Source: Lytechinus pictus
Lineage: Eukaryota
DNA: 64,000 bases
Direction: 5' to 3'
Assembly (NCBI RefSeq): GCF_037042905.1
Contig: NC_087253.1
Span: forward strand, 8,804,001 to 8,868,000
A model generated the notes under the pieces. That model was not told the DNA's origin and made no database searches. It saw only the letters and a list, made by a program, of their open reading frames with translations. Shown in pieces: positions 1 through 11,470 of the stretch (within the stretch, counting starts at the first letter, position 1; the number at the start of each line of letters is the position of its first letter). The position numbers and the translations under genes were made by a program.

Positions 1-1877
1 TTAATATCCAAAGGGGCTGTAAACAAGGGGATCCAATTTCTCCTTACCTTTTCATTATGTGTGTGGGAATTCTTGCATTATGGATAAGAAATTCAAACCA
101 GTTTGAGGGAATCAGCGTAAATAAAAGAGAATTCAAAATACTTCAATATGCCGACGATAAGGCTTTGTTCATTTCTGGCTCAAATAAGTCTTTTCAAAAG
201 GTGTTGGAGATGATTTCTTTTTTTTTACTCAATTTACTGGACTTAAACTCAATTCACAAAAGACGCAAATTATTTTCTTGGGTAACCTAAAAAAGACAAA
301 TTTAGACATTGAATTAGAAGTAAACTTGATAAAGGATACTTATTTTCGCTATCTTGGTACAGATTTTCTTGTGAATATTAACAAGATCCCAGATTTCAAT
401 TACGATAGGATTTTCGATAAATTGAAAAGACAGATGATTTCATGGTCGAAGAGAAATATTACACCTTTGGGTAGAATTACAGTGGCTAAATCCCTTTTAT
501 TGCCTCAATTTAATCACCTTTTTCTTTCAATCCCCAGTCCATCGGCTCAACTAATGAAAAATATTAAAGTTAAATTTTTTCAATTTGTATGGAATGGAAA
601 ACCAGACAAAATTAGTAGGGAACAAATACTTGGTTCATACGAAGAAGGGGGATTGAAAATGATAGATATAGATTGTTTTAACAAAGCATTAAAATTGACA
701 TGGTTGAGAAGAATTATATTGAGAAAATGTGATGACGTAGAAAGTCTATTAGGATTTTCTTTAGGACAGCCTTTCCATCTGTTTTATGGAGATGAATATT
801 TTTATAACATATCGGAAAAGATTAGTAATCCATTTTGGAAAGAGTTTTTTGCCATGCTATTTTCGATATTTCAGAAATCTGAAAATATCAATTGGTTAGC
901 GCAACCGTTATGGAAAAATAGTAAAATACAAATAGATGGAAAGTCTGTTTATTTTAAATACTGGCAAGAAAAGGGTATAAGATTTGTTAATGATTTAATA
1001 GATCGAGAAGGAAATATTATATCTTTAACTGAATGTGAATCTAAGTTTAGTTTAAAAGTCAATGTTTTGGAATATTTTTCAATTTCTCAGGCTCTAAGAT
1101 GTGTGTTTAATCGAAAATGTCAAAATCTAGACCATAGAATATGTGAACCATTTGTTATGCCTTATATTTCTCCTATAATGAGTGATAAAAAGGGGTGTAA
1201 AAGTATATATAAACTTTTGATAGGAAATAAAGATTCCGCCAAAACTATTGCAGCAAAATGGGGAAAAAATTCAACTATTCTTTTGGATCACACTAAAATA
1301 CCGGAATTTAATAGGATGATTTTCAGATTTACAACTGACATTCGGATAAAGTATTTCCAATACAAAGTTTTCAATAGAATTGTGTTTTTAAATGATATTT
1401 TATTCAAACTAAAGATCACCAATACTGAGTGCTGTACATTTTGTTATACTGTAAAGGAAACAATTGAACACTTCTTTTACTTCTGTAATTTTAGTAGAAA
1501 TATTTGGAGTAAAATAGAAACGTGGATATCATCTCCTATGTTTATTCTTAAATTTACTCCACAAAATATTTTGTTTGGATATAAAGAAAAGCGAAATGAT
1601 GCCCTGAATTGTATTATCATTTTAGTAAAACAACAATTATATTTCTCGAGGTTGAACAAGACTGTACCTGATTTTAAGAAGATTAAGAAGGTAATACGAA
1701 GTTATTATTTAGATGAATGTTACATTTATGATTTGAATGGAAAAAGGAAAGATTTTAATTTGAAATGGAGTATGTTGAAACATTTGTTTGAATAATGTTT
1801 ATAATTGGACTTCTGTAAACGTGTTATTTTTTTTTGTAAATAAACTTGCCCATTGGGGCAAAAGTATGAAAAAAAAA
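1..1877 (+). mobile_element. Tx1/L1-clade non-LTR retrotransposon, 3' portion (RT, zf-RVT, 3' UTR, short poly-A); continues beyond the left edge
   Basis: RT motifs GCKQGDPISPYLF and LQYADD; L1/Tx1-type C-terminus (GRITVAKSLLL, EGGLKMIDI, CTFC..KETIEHFFYFC); stop at 1795; AATAAA near 1839 and an A-run ending at 1877. Confidence 0.9.
278..1795 (+). CDS. LINE ORF2 C-terminal part (RT thumb + zf-RVT); joined to the 1..290 RT segment across a frameshift in the T-run at ~218-226
   Basis: Shifting frame at the T9 run gives FTQFTGLKLNSQKTQIIFLG, the expected post-YADD motif, leading into the 505-aa ORF. Confidence 0.85.
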   Translation: MGNLKKTNLDIELEVNLIKDTYFRYLGTDFLVNINKIPDFNYDRIFDKLKRQMISWSKRNITPLGRITVAKSLLLPQFNHLFLSIPSPSAQLMKNIKVKFFQFVWNGKPDKISREQILGSYEEGGLKMIDIDCFNKALKLTWLRRIILRKCDDVESLLGFSLGQPFHLFYGDEYFYNISEKISNPFWKEFFAMLFSIFQKSENINWLAQPLWKNSKIQIDGKSVYFKYWQEKGIRFVNDLIDREGNIISLTECESKFSLKVNVLEYFSISQALRCVFNRKCQNLDHRICEPFVMPYISPIMSDKKGCKSIYKLLIGNKDSAKTIAAKWGKNSTILLDHTKIPEFNRMIFRFTTDIRIKYFQYKVFNRIVFLNDILFKLKITNTECCTFCYTVKETIEHFFYFCNFSRNIWSKIETWISSPMFILKFTPQNILFGYKEKRNDALNCIIILVKQQLYFSRLNKTVPDFKKIKKVIRSYYLDECYIYDLNGKRKDFNLKWSMLKHLFE

Positions 1878-3242
1878 GCCGTACTCTAGTATCGGTAGTA
1901 CTAGAGATTTGTAAAGTGCCAGGAGAGCTGAAGTTGCTAAACCCGATGACATGGAGGTGATCAATCCCAGCAATCTATTGGCTTTGCGGGTAATGTAATC
2001 AACGTGATCATCCCAAGACAGCTTGGTATTGATTATCACCCCTAGATATTTTGCTTGTAAGACTGGCTCAATGAGAGCTCCATTCAAATGATATACTGGT
2101 TCGGCGACGTTTTTCCTTAAACATGAAATTCGCATCACTTTCGTTTTGCTCACATCTAGCTTCATTCCATTGGAAACACACCACTGCGAAACCCTGTCAA
2201 GATCACGTTGTAATATTGCAGAGTCCGTGATATCACGTACAGGTCGGTAGATGATTGTGTCGTCCGCAAACAATGCACAAGGTGATTCCAAGCTATTAGG
2301 TACATCGTTGATGAACAAATTGAACAACAGCGGACCTAAGACACTCCCTTGAGGAACCCCAGACAGGACAGGAGCCCACTCCGAGAAGGAATCTTTGTAT
2401 AGGACACGGTGGCGTCGTCCGCATAGAAAGGATTTCATCCATGCCCAGAGGTTACCGCCAATATTGAACATTTCTGAAAGCTTACAAAGCAGGACGTCGT
2501 GGGGCATCTTGTCAAATGCACGAGAAAAGTCTAAGTAGACTACATCGACAGGACATGAACGCCGACCCTCCAGGCAGGTAAGCCACTCATTCGTAAGATG
2601 TAATAATTGGGTTACACAGGATTTACGCTTTCTAAATCCATGCTGAACGCTGGTGATTGGGCAGTTAGTACTGAGATGGTTTTCAATTGCGCTCACTACA
2701 ATAGATTCCATCATCTTACTGGCAACTGAGGTAAGCGCAACAGGCCGATTAGAGGGATCTGACCTGTCACCAGATTTAAAAACTGGACAGACATTCGCTA
2801 CCTTCCATGATCCCGGAACTTTGCCTGCCGACAGTGACAATGAGAGAATACGCTGAAATATATGTGAAGACACCGCGGCGGTTCGCTTTAACAGGACCGG
2901 GGACAAACCATCCACGCCAGGGGCCTTATTCTCTTGAAGTGAGTCCATGAGTCGAAAGATATCACTGGTCGAAATGTCAAATGACTGCAAGCATTCGATC
3001 GGAAATTCACATGTCGGTGGAATAGCTGGCACACATATTTCCTCTGAAAAGGATGATTGAAAACAGCTGAGGAACTTACTTGCGATGTCGTGGGGTCTAC
3101 TGAAGACTTCATCATTAACAACAAGAACTGGCGGAGGAGCGTTCCTTTTATGCTCTCGGATGAACGCGAAAAAACCGCTTCTTATTATCGGGAAGAGAGA
3201 AAAGGTCATTGACATAGAGACTGTATGAGGATCTGATGGCAT
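1878..3242 (-). CDS. LINE reverse transcriptase domain, 3'-interrupted
   Basis: KAPGVDG, WKVANVCPVFKSG, RPVALTS, QHGFR, FADD, KYLGV motifs; the last ORF residues after LEYG come from the antisense Tx1 UTR. Confidence 0.88.
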
Positions 3243-4734
3243 AGTTTGTCTTGTTCCGAATATTCTTGAAGGACAGCCAATCCTCTGCTATCTTTGACCT
3301 TGTAGCTTTCCTGAAGAGTTTGCCCTTCAATGAAATCATGGCTTTAATTTCCCTGGAAATCCAGGGCTTCCATCTCCTGGATCTCTTGGTTACTCGGGGG
3401 ATGGCATCCTTAGCTGCAGCCTCGAAGATGTCTAAGAATCCTTCCCAAGATGCATCAACATCATTGGTATCAATAAAGAGTGACCAAGGAACCAACTGAA
3501 GCAAGCGGTTTAGATGATCGAAGTCACCTCGTTGATAAAGCATAAAGTTACGAAGAACATCTCTGGTTGTGAACGACTTATTATTCACGATCCGAAAATG
3601 AACGGCGAAATGGTCACTAGGTGTTGGATTAGGACACACACGTGTCTCAGCGAACAGATCACGACGATTGGTGAACAAGTGATCAATCAACGTTCCCCTG
3701 GTCGCATCCTGAGGCGAAGGCCTCGTCACTGTATCAACTAGCTGTGTCAGGTCCATAGTGCTAAGCATAGTCAACAGCCGAGTTGCATCAGTCGAGTTGA
3801 TGTCTAGCAAGTCAACGTTCAAGTCACCCGTCAGTATCACACCAGCATAATCACCCACGTATCGTTGTGTGTCATCGATGAACTCCTGGAGAAAGTCCCA
3901 ATACTGGACATTAGCATTAGGTGGGCGATAGATGGGAATGAGAAGCCATTTTGACTTACGCATCACAATCTCAACACATGTCATCTCTAGGCAGGGGTGT
4001 TCCAATGCAACGAGACGTCGGGGACACAACTTTGCATGAATAACTGTAAGGACCCCACCTCCACCCTTTTCATGGCTCTCTTGAATGTCCTGCCGGTCAC
4101 GTCGAAACAGAACATAGTCATGGGGAAATCCGAGCTCAGTAGAATCACAGGATTCATTTAACCAACTCTCACATATGCATAAAATATCAGTGGGATTACA
4201 ACTGAGGTGCGCTATCAAGTCTGGCATGTTATGTCTTATGGAGCGTGCATTGAATACAGTCCAAGATATAGTTGAGACAGATCGACTAGAAGAACGTGAG
4301 TTTTCATTGCTAGGACTATGAAGCACAGACGGGCCCGGGTTCGGACATATATCTCCGGCTCTAAGCAAGAGTTGGTATGACGCTGTACAGTTGGGATAGT
4401 AGTAGATGTTAGATCCGCTATACTTGGGGCGCTGGGTTGGGGCGGCATATACATCACTACGTAAAATGCTCAAGTCACATTGTACGAGACAATCCTGCTT
4501 TTGGAGCAGGATAATAACAACAAACAGACAACTGACTACCTTCATTGTTGATCGAGAAAAGCTCCTTCTTTGTGTAGTGCAGGGTCCTATTGGCAATTCC
4601 ATTGTCAAGGGTGACCATTTAGGCAAATCCAAACAAAAGAAAAAAGGACAATAATAGCCCCAATAGAGAAGACCTTTGCAGCTAGCATTAGTGAGTCCAG
4701 CAAGAGAAAGAGCGCTAAGGTAGAGAAGCATCAA
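3148..4734 (-). CDS. LINE N-terminal region + 2A-like motif + apurinic-like endonuclease; continues into RT via a 1-nt frameshift near 3170
   Basis: EEP/APE motifs. Removing one T from 'cgg ttt ttt cgc' gives KRFFAFIREHK, in frame with the RT ORF. True start codon uncertain. Confidence 0.8.
   Translation of the reverse strand: MMLLYLSALSLAGLTNASCKGLLYWGYYCPFFFCLDLPKWSPLTMELPIGPCTTQRRSFSRSTMKVVSCLFVVIILLQKQDCLVQCDLSILRSDVYAAPTQRPKYSGSNIYYYPNCTASYQLLLRAGDICPNPGPSVLHSPSNENSRSSSRSVSTISWTVFNARSIRHNMPDLIAHLSCNPTDILCICESWLNESCDSTELGFPHDYVLFRRDRQDIQESHEKGGGGVLTVIHAKLCPRRLVALEHPCLEMTCVEIVMRKSKWLLIPIYRPPNANVQYWDFLQEFIDDTQRYVGDYAGVILTGDLNVDLLDINSTDATRLLTMLSTMDLTQLVDTVTRPSPQDATRGTLIDHLFTNRRDLFAETRVCPNPTPSDHFAVHFRIVNNKSFTTRDVLRNFMLYQRGDFDHLNRLLQLVPWSLFIDTNDVDASWEGFLDIFEAAAKDAIPRVTKRSRRWKPWISREIKAMISLKGKLFRKATRSKIAEDWLSFKNIRNKTNYAIRSSYSLYVNDLFSLPDNKKRFFRVHPRA
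4330..4371 (-). other. 2A-like (StopGo/ribosome-skipping) motif LLLRAGDICPNPGP
   Basis: Matches the D(V/I)ExNPGP 2A consensus except E->C; lies immediately upstream of the APE domain. Confidence 0.65.
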
Positions 4735-5733
4735 GCCAGAGCTATGGCTAGACGAGGCAGGATCTCCTGTACCAGCAAACTTTCCACACTGGGGTCACGG
4801 TCAGTCATATTTCAGAACCTAGAATCACTATTTTCTGAAGCAAGAGGATGGAATCCACAAGTCAAACAGGTCCAATGTGATCACAGGACACATACAAATA
4901 GGTTGACAAACATTCCAAGCACAACTTTAACAAGAAAACAGAAATTTAACAACAAAAATAGGAGCACTCATGAGAGGTAGTTTTCTCCATCTTTGATGTC
5001 CGATTGACTTATTAAAAATCAACCCCTCTAAAGATTTCATTTTAATTACTGTAATTAATAATCACAACATGCCGTACAACAAAATTTGGTACGTTAATCG
5101 GGAACTTGTCTTAAATATTTGAATGGGGGTCTATACACAATACAAATGCAATGGGAATGTTTACAAAGAAATAGCATAGATGATCATTGACAAAAAAGTG
5201 ATGACAGCTCCGAATGAGTTACCGGGGTTTTGAAAACTTTATTCACGAGATGCATACGCTTACATCCTTTTTATTTCCGTGCTACTAATGATGTATAGAC
5301 GTTCCACGTACTTTATCTTTCCACTCTCTTTCCGTTGCTTAACTTCATTTGATGTGAGTTGCGATGATGCCCAGAGGATGCAAAGAATATACAGCGGACG
5401 TTTAACGGATGATAATGGGTATGGGACGTTTGTTGCTCGTATAATATGTTGCGGATTTACATCGTACACGGCGGAAATTAAAAAAAAATTGCGGCTCAAA
5501 ACTTTTTGCGCGGATGAAATCAAGTGGACAATATGCTAGATTGATAGAGCATATAAAACACGTATGCAATGAGTACACAACGGATGCATAGCGTTTTTCC
5601 AACCGATGGCAAGATTAATTTACGTTTTACATCCTATTTGCTTCCGTAAGTGCATGTTGGACCGAGCCTCAAGCTCATAGTAGGGTTTTAAACACGAAGT
5701 ATACACTTTCCAAGGATGTAGATGAAACATTAA

Positions 5734-6307
5734 AGGACAGTCGGATGTACAATAAGAAAGTTATGATATTTTGAAGTTTTGCTTAATTTCACAAAACATT
5801 TATATGCACATTCTGGTCGATAAGCAAATGAGCAGACTGATGACGTCACCCATTCACTATTTCTTTTGTGTTTTATTAAATGAAATATGAAAAACTCTCA
5901 TTTTCTCCTCATTGTCATGTGAAACAAATTGTTATTCCTCCCTCAACATGTGGAATAACAGTTTTTTAATAGTTTATGGTTATAAAGTAAAAAGGTCCTT
6001 ATTGTCAAATCTGTAAAAATTGAAATATTGTATAATTCAAACAATAAAAAAAATAAAAAAAAATAGCGAGTGAGGGATATCATCGACTCTCTCATTTACA
6101 TATCACTGAGTTATGCATCTTAGCAGTCAGGTAAAAACCTCGGTATAACATAACGTAACATAACTGTTTTGTGAAAAATAAGCGAAACTTGAAAATGTCA
6201 TAAATTTCTTTTTTTTACATCCGATTTCGATTAAAGTTCCAGCGTTATGCTTGTTTAATTTTTCTCTATCGATTCAAATCAACAATTCTCTGGGGTGGAC
6301 TTGACCT
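5734..6307. mobile_element. TTAA-flanked non-autonomous DNA transposon (Kolobok-like MITE), internally deleted at the left
   Basis: TTAA|AGGACA... left end and ...GGGGTGGACTTGACCT right end; same family as 14705..15252. Confidence 0.6.
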
Positions 6308-6999
6308 TCAAGTAAAGTTTCATATTAATTTAGTTTTGAATCATGTGATATTTATTAAGCACGAGTTTTAGATTTGTGAAGGCAGTATTGCTAAACCTGA
6401 TGGAATATTTTTTCCCCAATATTTGATGCATTTTGACAGGGGCGAATGTGTTAAAGCGTAAATCGTAGACGAAGGAAGAGATAGAGGGAGATAGAGAGAG
6501 AGAGAGAGAGAGAGTTGATTACTGTATGTATTGGATTTGTTCACCTCGCAGTTTATGACCTCTGTTTCCTTCCACCAGTATATTGACAATACCTCTTCCA
6601 CGGATTGGTGCCCATTATGAATATCATTTTTTTTTTCCAACGTGCGACATGACTATATGAACGTGGCAGTCTATCATACTGGATAAACCTAAAGCAAGTC
6701 TACTTATTAAAACATGGCATACTGTGGGGCGCACGTTAAACACAAATGATTCCTGTAACGTTCAGCACTATGCTACTGAAGGAAGACATTGCGTGTGTTT
6801 TTATTAGCATTCGCGTTTATGTTTTTGGACTGATATTCTGATCTGCGTCACACGATGGGGTGAATGATGATCACAGGACTTTGTTGGAAAGGCTCTAAGG
6901 AGGAGGAGGAGGAGGCTTCAGACACTCGATTGGTATATTTAGAGCTGGTTTAAAACAGATTTACTCGGCAACATAAACACCCGATGGGAGATCGTCAAA

Positions 7000-8559
7000 A
7001 TGGGACTTGAAAACTACAAGTTCTGTACTGGATTGGTGATATTACTCTCCTTATCGTCAATCGCGACGATGTTTACGGCGATGTACCATTCAAGTGACCT
7101 TAAAGAGATAAGAGCGAAGAAGAATTCTGCATTGGGCATCCGACAGATACTCAGCTCCAGGGAAGCAGCTCGAAAAGAAAGGAATCCTTCATCGTTTGGT
7201 TTGGGGGAAGCCTCAATATTCTCGGACAAGTATAGTCCACCTGAGGGAGATGACGCTTTTCGGAATCTCAGTATTATATCATTTAGATATGACACACTGT
7301 CTGTTCGTAGAGGTCTAACTCACAGCATTGCTAATGTAGAAGACGATGTTCTGACGTTCGATACATATGACATTTTAAAACCACTATCGAATGTAACCAT
7401 TGAAGAAAGCAGCTTGGTTCACAAAATCCAACAAAAACAGAGAAACGCTGACTTTAACTGTGTCATCAGGATTGCCAAGTATTGTTCCTCTCGTTGTGAT
7501 TATCTAGTTAAAGGTAAACATTCGAGGGAATGGACGCCATTTAGATGTGAACTCAGTGAGTTCTGTAGGTTTGAGACTCGTTTTATAGGTAACCTCACCA
7601 AGGAGGTTATGAAGACCATCGATGTTGTCTTCTTTATACCCGGATTTCGGGATGTTCGTCTGAAGCAAGTGATGGCTGCAAGACCACCAGGACAATTCTG
7701 GGTCCTCTGCGCCAAAGAGAGCCCTCAGCATGACCCAGATTATGCTCCTCGAGGTCTAACAGGAAACCCTTTCAATCTCACCATGACGTATGTCAGGGAC
7801 AGTGATATTTACTTCCCATACGCCACCGTGCGGAAGCTTGGGAAGCCAAATGAAAATCCGCCAGATATTTCAAAGAAAACCAAGCTGATAGCTTGGATGG
7901 CATCCAACTGCAAACCATATTATTGGAAACGAACTGAACTGGCGAAGGCGATACAAAGGAATATCTCAGTGGATATGTACGGCAAGTGCGGTACGGGAAG
8001 ACTTGCCCATGATAAAGCCATCGAGACGCTCGAGCAATATAAATTATATTTCGCGTTTGAAAATAGTGAATGCCGGGATTACATCACGGAGAAAGTGTGG
8101 AAGAATTGCCTTTCTCAGGGGATCGTACCCATCGTCTACGGATCAACGCGCGAAGGCTACGAGAAGTCACTCCCAAGGAATTCCTTCATCTCCGTGGAGG
8201 ATTTCAGTAACATGAGCGAATTTGTAGATTACATTCACGCACTAGATAAAGACGACGCGCGTTACATGAAATATTTCGACTGGAGAAGGGATGGCGAGGT
8301 GCAGTTTCACTCTCCATCTGCGTTCAGAGGTAGTAGACCTGAACTGAATTTTTGTTACCTCGTCAAAAAACTAATATTCGTCTTTGTACATCCAGAGAAC
8401 ACTTGGCAGAAAAGAAATCCATATTTTACTTCTTGGTGGCGGAGGCAGTGTGCCGATCATTCTGTTGAGAAAATCGTTCTGGGATTCAATACCCATCGGT
8501 CAACAGAAGAACAGGCAATCATCGATGCATCTATGAGGCGCGGAGACATAGAAATGTAG
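7000..8559 (+). CDS. Alpha-1,3-fucosyltransferase (GT10 family), type II membrane protein, single exon, 519 aa
   Basis: N-terminal TM segment; RPPGQFWV..KESP, FNLTMTY.RDSDI, AWMASNC, VDMYGKCG and the GT10 signature YKLYFAFENSECRDYITEKVWKN; uninterrupted ATG-TAG ORF. Confidence 0.93.
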   Translation: MGLENYKFCTGLVILLSLSSIATMFTAMYHSSDLKEIRAKKNSALGIRQILSSREAARKERNPSSFGLGEASIFSDKYSPPEGDDAFRNLSIISFRYDTLSVRRGLTHSIANVEDDVLTFDTYDILKPLSNVTIEESSLVHKIQQKQRNADFNCVIRIAKYCSSRCDYLVKGKHSREWTPFRCELSEFCRFETRFIGNLTKEVMKTIDVVFFIPGFRDVRLKQVMAARPPGQFWVLCAKESPQHDPDYAPRGLTGNPFNLTMTYVRDSDIYFPYATVRKLGKPNENPPDISKKTKLIAWMASNCKPYYWKRTELAKAIQRNISVDMYGKCGTGRLAHDKAIETLEQYKLYFAFENSECRDYITEKVWKNCLSQGIVPIVYGSTREGYEKSLPRNSFISVEDFSNMSEFVDYIHALDKDDARYMKYFDWRRDGEVQFHSPSAFRGSRPELNFCYLVKKLIFVFVHPENTWQKRNPYFTSWWRRQCADHSVEKIVLGFNTHRSTEEQAIIDASMRRGDIEM

Positions 8560-8903
8560 TTTGCGTCTTTAAATTATATGAAAAGCCATAATATAATAGA
8601 ACAGCTTTTGTATAGTGCATTACACCTTACAAAGGTGTCAATGCGCTTTAGGAAAAAAAAAGAAAAGATGAGGGAAAGCTGCTGGTAATGTTTTGATAAT
8701 ATTCTTTTTAGTTAAATAAATACGTTTTCAATGCAGATTTAAATTGCCCAATTGTATCAACTTGCCTTAAATTGTGTGGGATACTATTCCAGAGTTCCGG
8801 CGCTGCATGCGCAAACCCCCGTTCGCCATAAAACTTTGTCTTAACAACAGGTGCGTTATATAAATCCATATAAAGTTATCTAAGATTTCGAACAGGTTCA
8901 TAT

Positions 8904-9610
8904 TGTAGCGAACCCGTCCGCTACGGTTTTTTGTTATAATGCAGTAAACGTAGATGGCGCTATAGCTTTTGGTGCGTTAGAACTCAATGATCGACTTACG
9001 CAACGCACTGCGTAAGGCAGCTCTCGGAGACTATAAATTGCCGAGTTTCGCAGTGATCTCGTCATATCGACGCTGGCGGAGGTCGGAGTCAGACGAAGAA
9101 CTCCCTGCGATCCTCTCCAACTGGCCTGAATCAAGAAAAGGTTTGGAAATGAACATTGCTCGCTTAATTTCTACTACTGCAAATACAGTTCTGGATAATT
9201 GGTGACGGTGTTACTGGTGATAACCTGTACAATTGCTGAACAATGATGTATAATTAAATTATGACCGTTGTCATACACCAAATGTATTCATCGTCTCCAA
9301 CCTGTGTGATCTATGGAATCCAATTGACTACCACAGTATAAGCCTTCCCATAGAGATTATACAGCCCCAATAGAAATCCCCTGTTATTCTATATTTCACC
9401 TGTTCACACTACCCCTCAACACTCCACCCCCATATATTTTGGGAAAACGGAACACGCCCGGGTCTCTACATTACGCCATATATACAGATATAAGGAAACC
9501 GCTCGCATTAAGAATGGCTAGTAATTCATCAACGGATGAAGGTGATAGAGGCAAGGGACAGGCCGGCCCCCCAGCATCCAGGACCCGTTCCAAGAAGGAG
9601 GGCCGCCACA
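8904..9610. mobile_element. Solo LTR (Gypsy-like, 707 bp) inserted in the L2
   Basis: TGTAGCG...CGCCACA termini; 4-bp TSD ATAT (8900-8903 / 9611-9614); removing it restores L2 coding LVKYEPVRNLR. Confidence 0.85.
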
Positions 9611-10761
9611 ATATTTTACAAGTAACTGACAGATAAGATGGAGCCATTTGTCGAAAACATTGAAAAGAGAGTAGTAAGATCTTGAACTTGATACGTGACC
9701 TGACAGGCAACCAATTCATATCTTTTTGTTCTAGTAACAATCCTAGCAGCCGAGTATTTTTTAATGACCTGAAGTTTCTGGAGTTGAGTGTCTGGTACTC
9801 CATACAATAGACTATTGCAATAGTCTAAGTGGCACATGACAAAAGCATGCACCAGCCTTTCAGAGGTATCTCTATCAACATACGATCGAATTTTCCCAAT
9901 CTTACGCAATGCATATGACGCAGATCGACATTTAGATTTTATGTAATATTGCATAGTGAAGTGATCATCAAATAGGACACCAATATTTATTGCTGTCTTA
10001 ACAGGAACAACCTCTTCACCCTCAATTTCAAAAGGGCGCAAAGGTACATTGGGTCAAAATCGAGATTTTATATGCATAACCTCTGTTTTCCTACTATTCA
10101 ACTTTAGGCCACTCAATCTTGACCACTCTTTAATTTCCTTGATACAACTCTGCACTCTAGCAATCAGATCTTCTATATCCGATGATTCCGATGATTTACA
10201 TGTCATATACATCCGAGTATCGTCTGCATAAAAAACATTCTAGAAAATCCATAAGAATCAATAATATCTTCTAAAGGTGATGTATACATGGTAAAAACTA
10301 AGGGTTCGATAACAGACCCTTGGGGCACACCTTAGGCGGTGCTGCACCATCCCGAGTTTGCTCAATCTCGAGATTTTAGCCCAATCAGCCCTCTTCGCGA
10401 TTAATCTCGAGATTCAAGAAACCCCATCTCCACCATCGCAAGAAGAGCGATTCCTGCTCGAGCGAGGCAACAGGCCGGATATTCCGAGCATGCGCACTTT
10501 CGGATCTTGGAGTTTCAACGGCGCGCGCTTTTGAATAACTTCCCGCGATATGCAATCAATGTACTCCTTTCACTAGCACTTTCGCCGAATTCGACCGGTG
10601 TTATGCAACAATCCTCTCAGCTCAGCCGCGCTCAGCGAGCGAAGAAGTGATGTATTCTTCGTTAAATATGATGGTTTTAATGTCATGGCGGAGAAGGAGG
10701 CAACGACAGAGAGAGAGGAGGAAAGAAATGCTATTTGCCCACATTTTGCGAAGGGGGGGGG

Positions 10762-11160
10762 GGGGTTTACAAACGAACAATCACAATTACTGGAATCTGT
10801 ACAAAAACGAGCAATGCGTATAATCAACACATAATTATCGTATACTGAGGCACTCAAAGAATTAAACTTCGAATTGTTATCCGACCGCAGGAAAATCATG
10901 TGTGAAAAGCAATTCCTCCAATTGCAAAAGTCAGATCATATCTTAAATAACCTCCTTCAATCAAAAGAGTAGAAGTATGATTTTAGGAATAGAAAACAAT
11001 TTCCCTTGCCAACGTGTAAAACAAAGAGGTACAAACAGAGTTTTATCCCCTGGTGTCTGTACAACCTTCAATAACAAGAATAGTCTCTAGCGCATTAGAC
11101 AATGAGTTTGTGTATTACCCAGTTGAAAGGATCGAGCAGTCTCTTGATGTCATACATAAC
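10762..11160 (+). mobile_element. 5'-truncated LINE 3' fragment nested in the Harbinger-like element
   Basis: Reads LESVQKRAMRII..SYTEALKEL...LPTCKTKRYKQSFIP with stops, a typical LINE RT C-terminus. Confidence 0.7.
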
Positions 11161-11203
11161 TTTTTTTATATTTAAATATTGCGTATTCCCAGATTCGTTA
11201 TGC

Positions 11204-11470
11204 TCCCTTCCCCCTTTCCTCCTCTTCTCTCTCTCTCTCTCCTTCTTTTCTTTCTCACCTCCTTCCTTCTCCTTTTTCACCCCTTACTTTTTTCATCCTC
11301 CCCCTCCTCTACTTCCTTTTTTTCAACTTCCTTTTTTCTCTTCTTCCGCTTATCCTTCATGTTCATCTTCTTTTTTTTTCTTCCTTTTCTTCTTCTCCTT
11401 TCTTTTTTCTTTCTCATATTCCTTATTACTTTCTCCCCATCCCTTCCTCCTTCCCATCCGAATTACCTAT
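11204..11470. repeat. Pyrimidine-rich low-complexity tract
   Basis: Almost pure C/T sequence. Confidence 0.85.

Larger units (their letters stand above)
1878..5003 (-). mobile_element. CR1-group LINE (APE endonuclease + RT), apparently 5'-complete, interrupted at its 3' end by the Tx1 element
   Basis: APE motifs (NARS, ICESWL, FRRDR, YRPP, GDLN, IDHLF, SDH) and RT motifs (QHGFR, LDFSRAFD, SGVPQGSVLGP, LFADDT); homology stops abruptly at LPILEYG against the Tx1 poly-A. The 5' end near 5003 is approximate. Confidence 0.85.
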
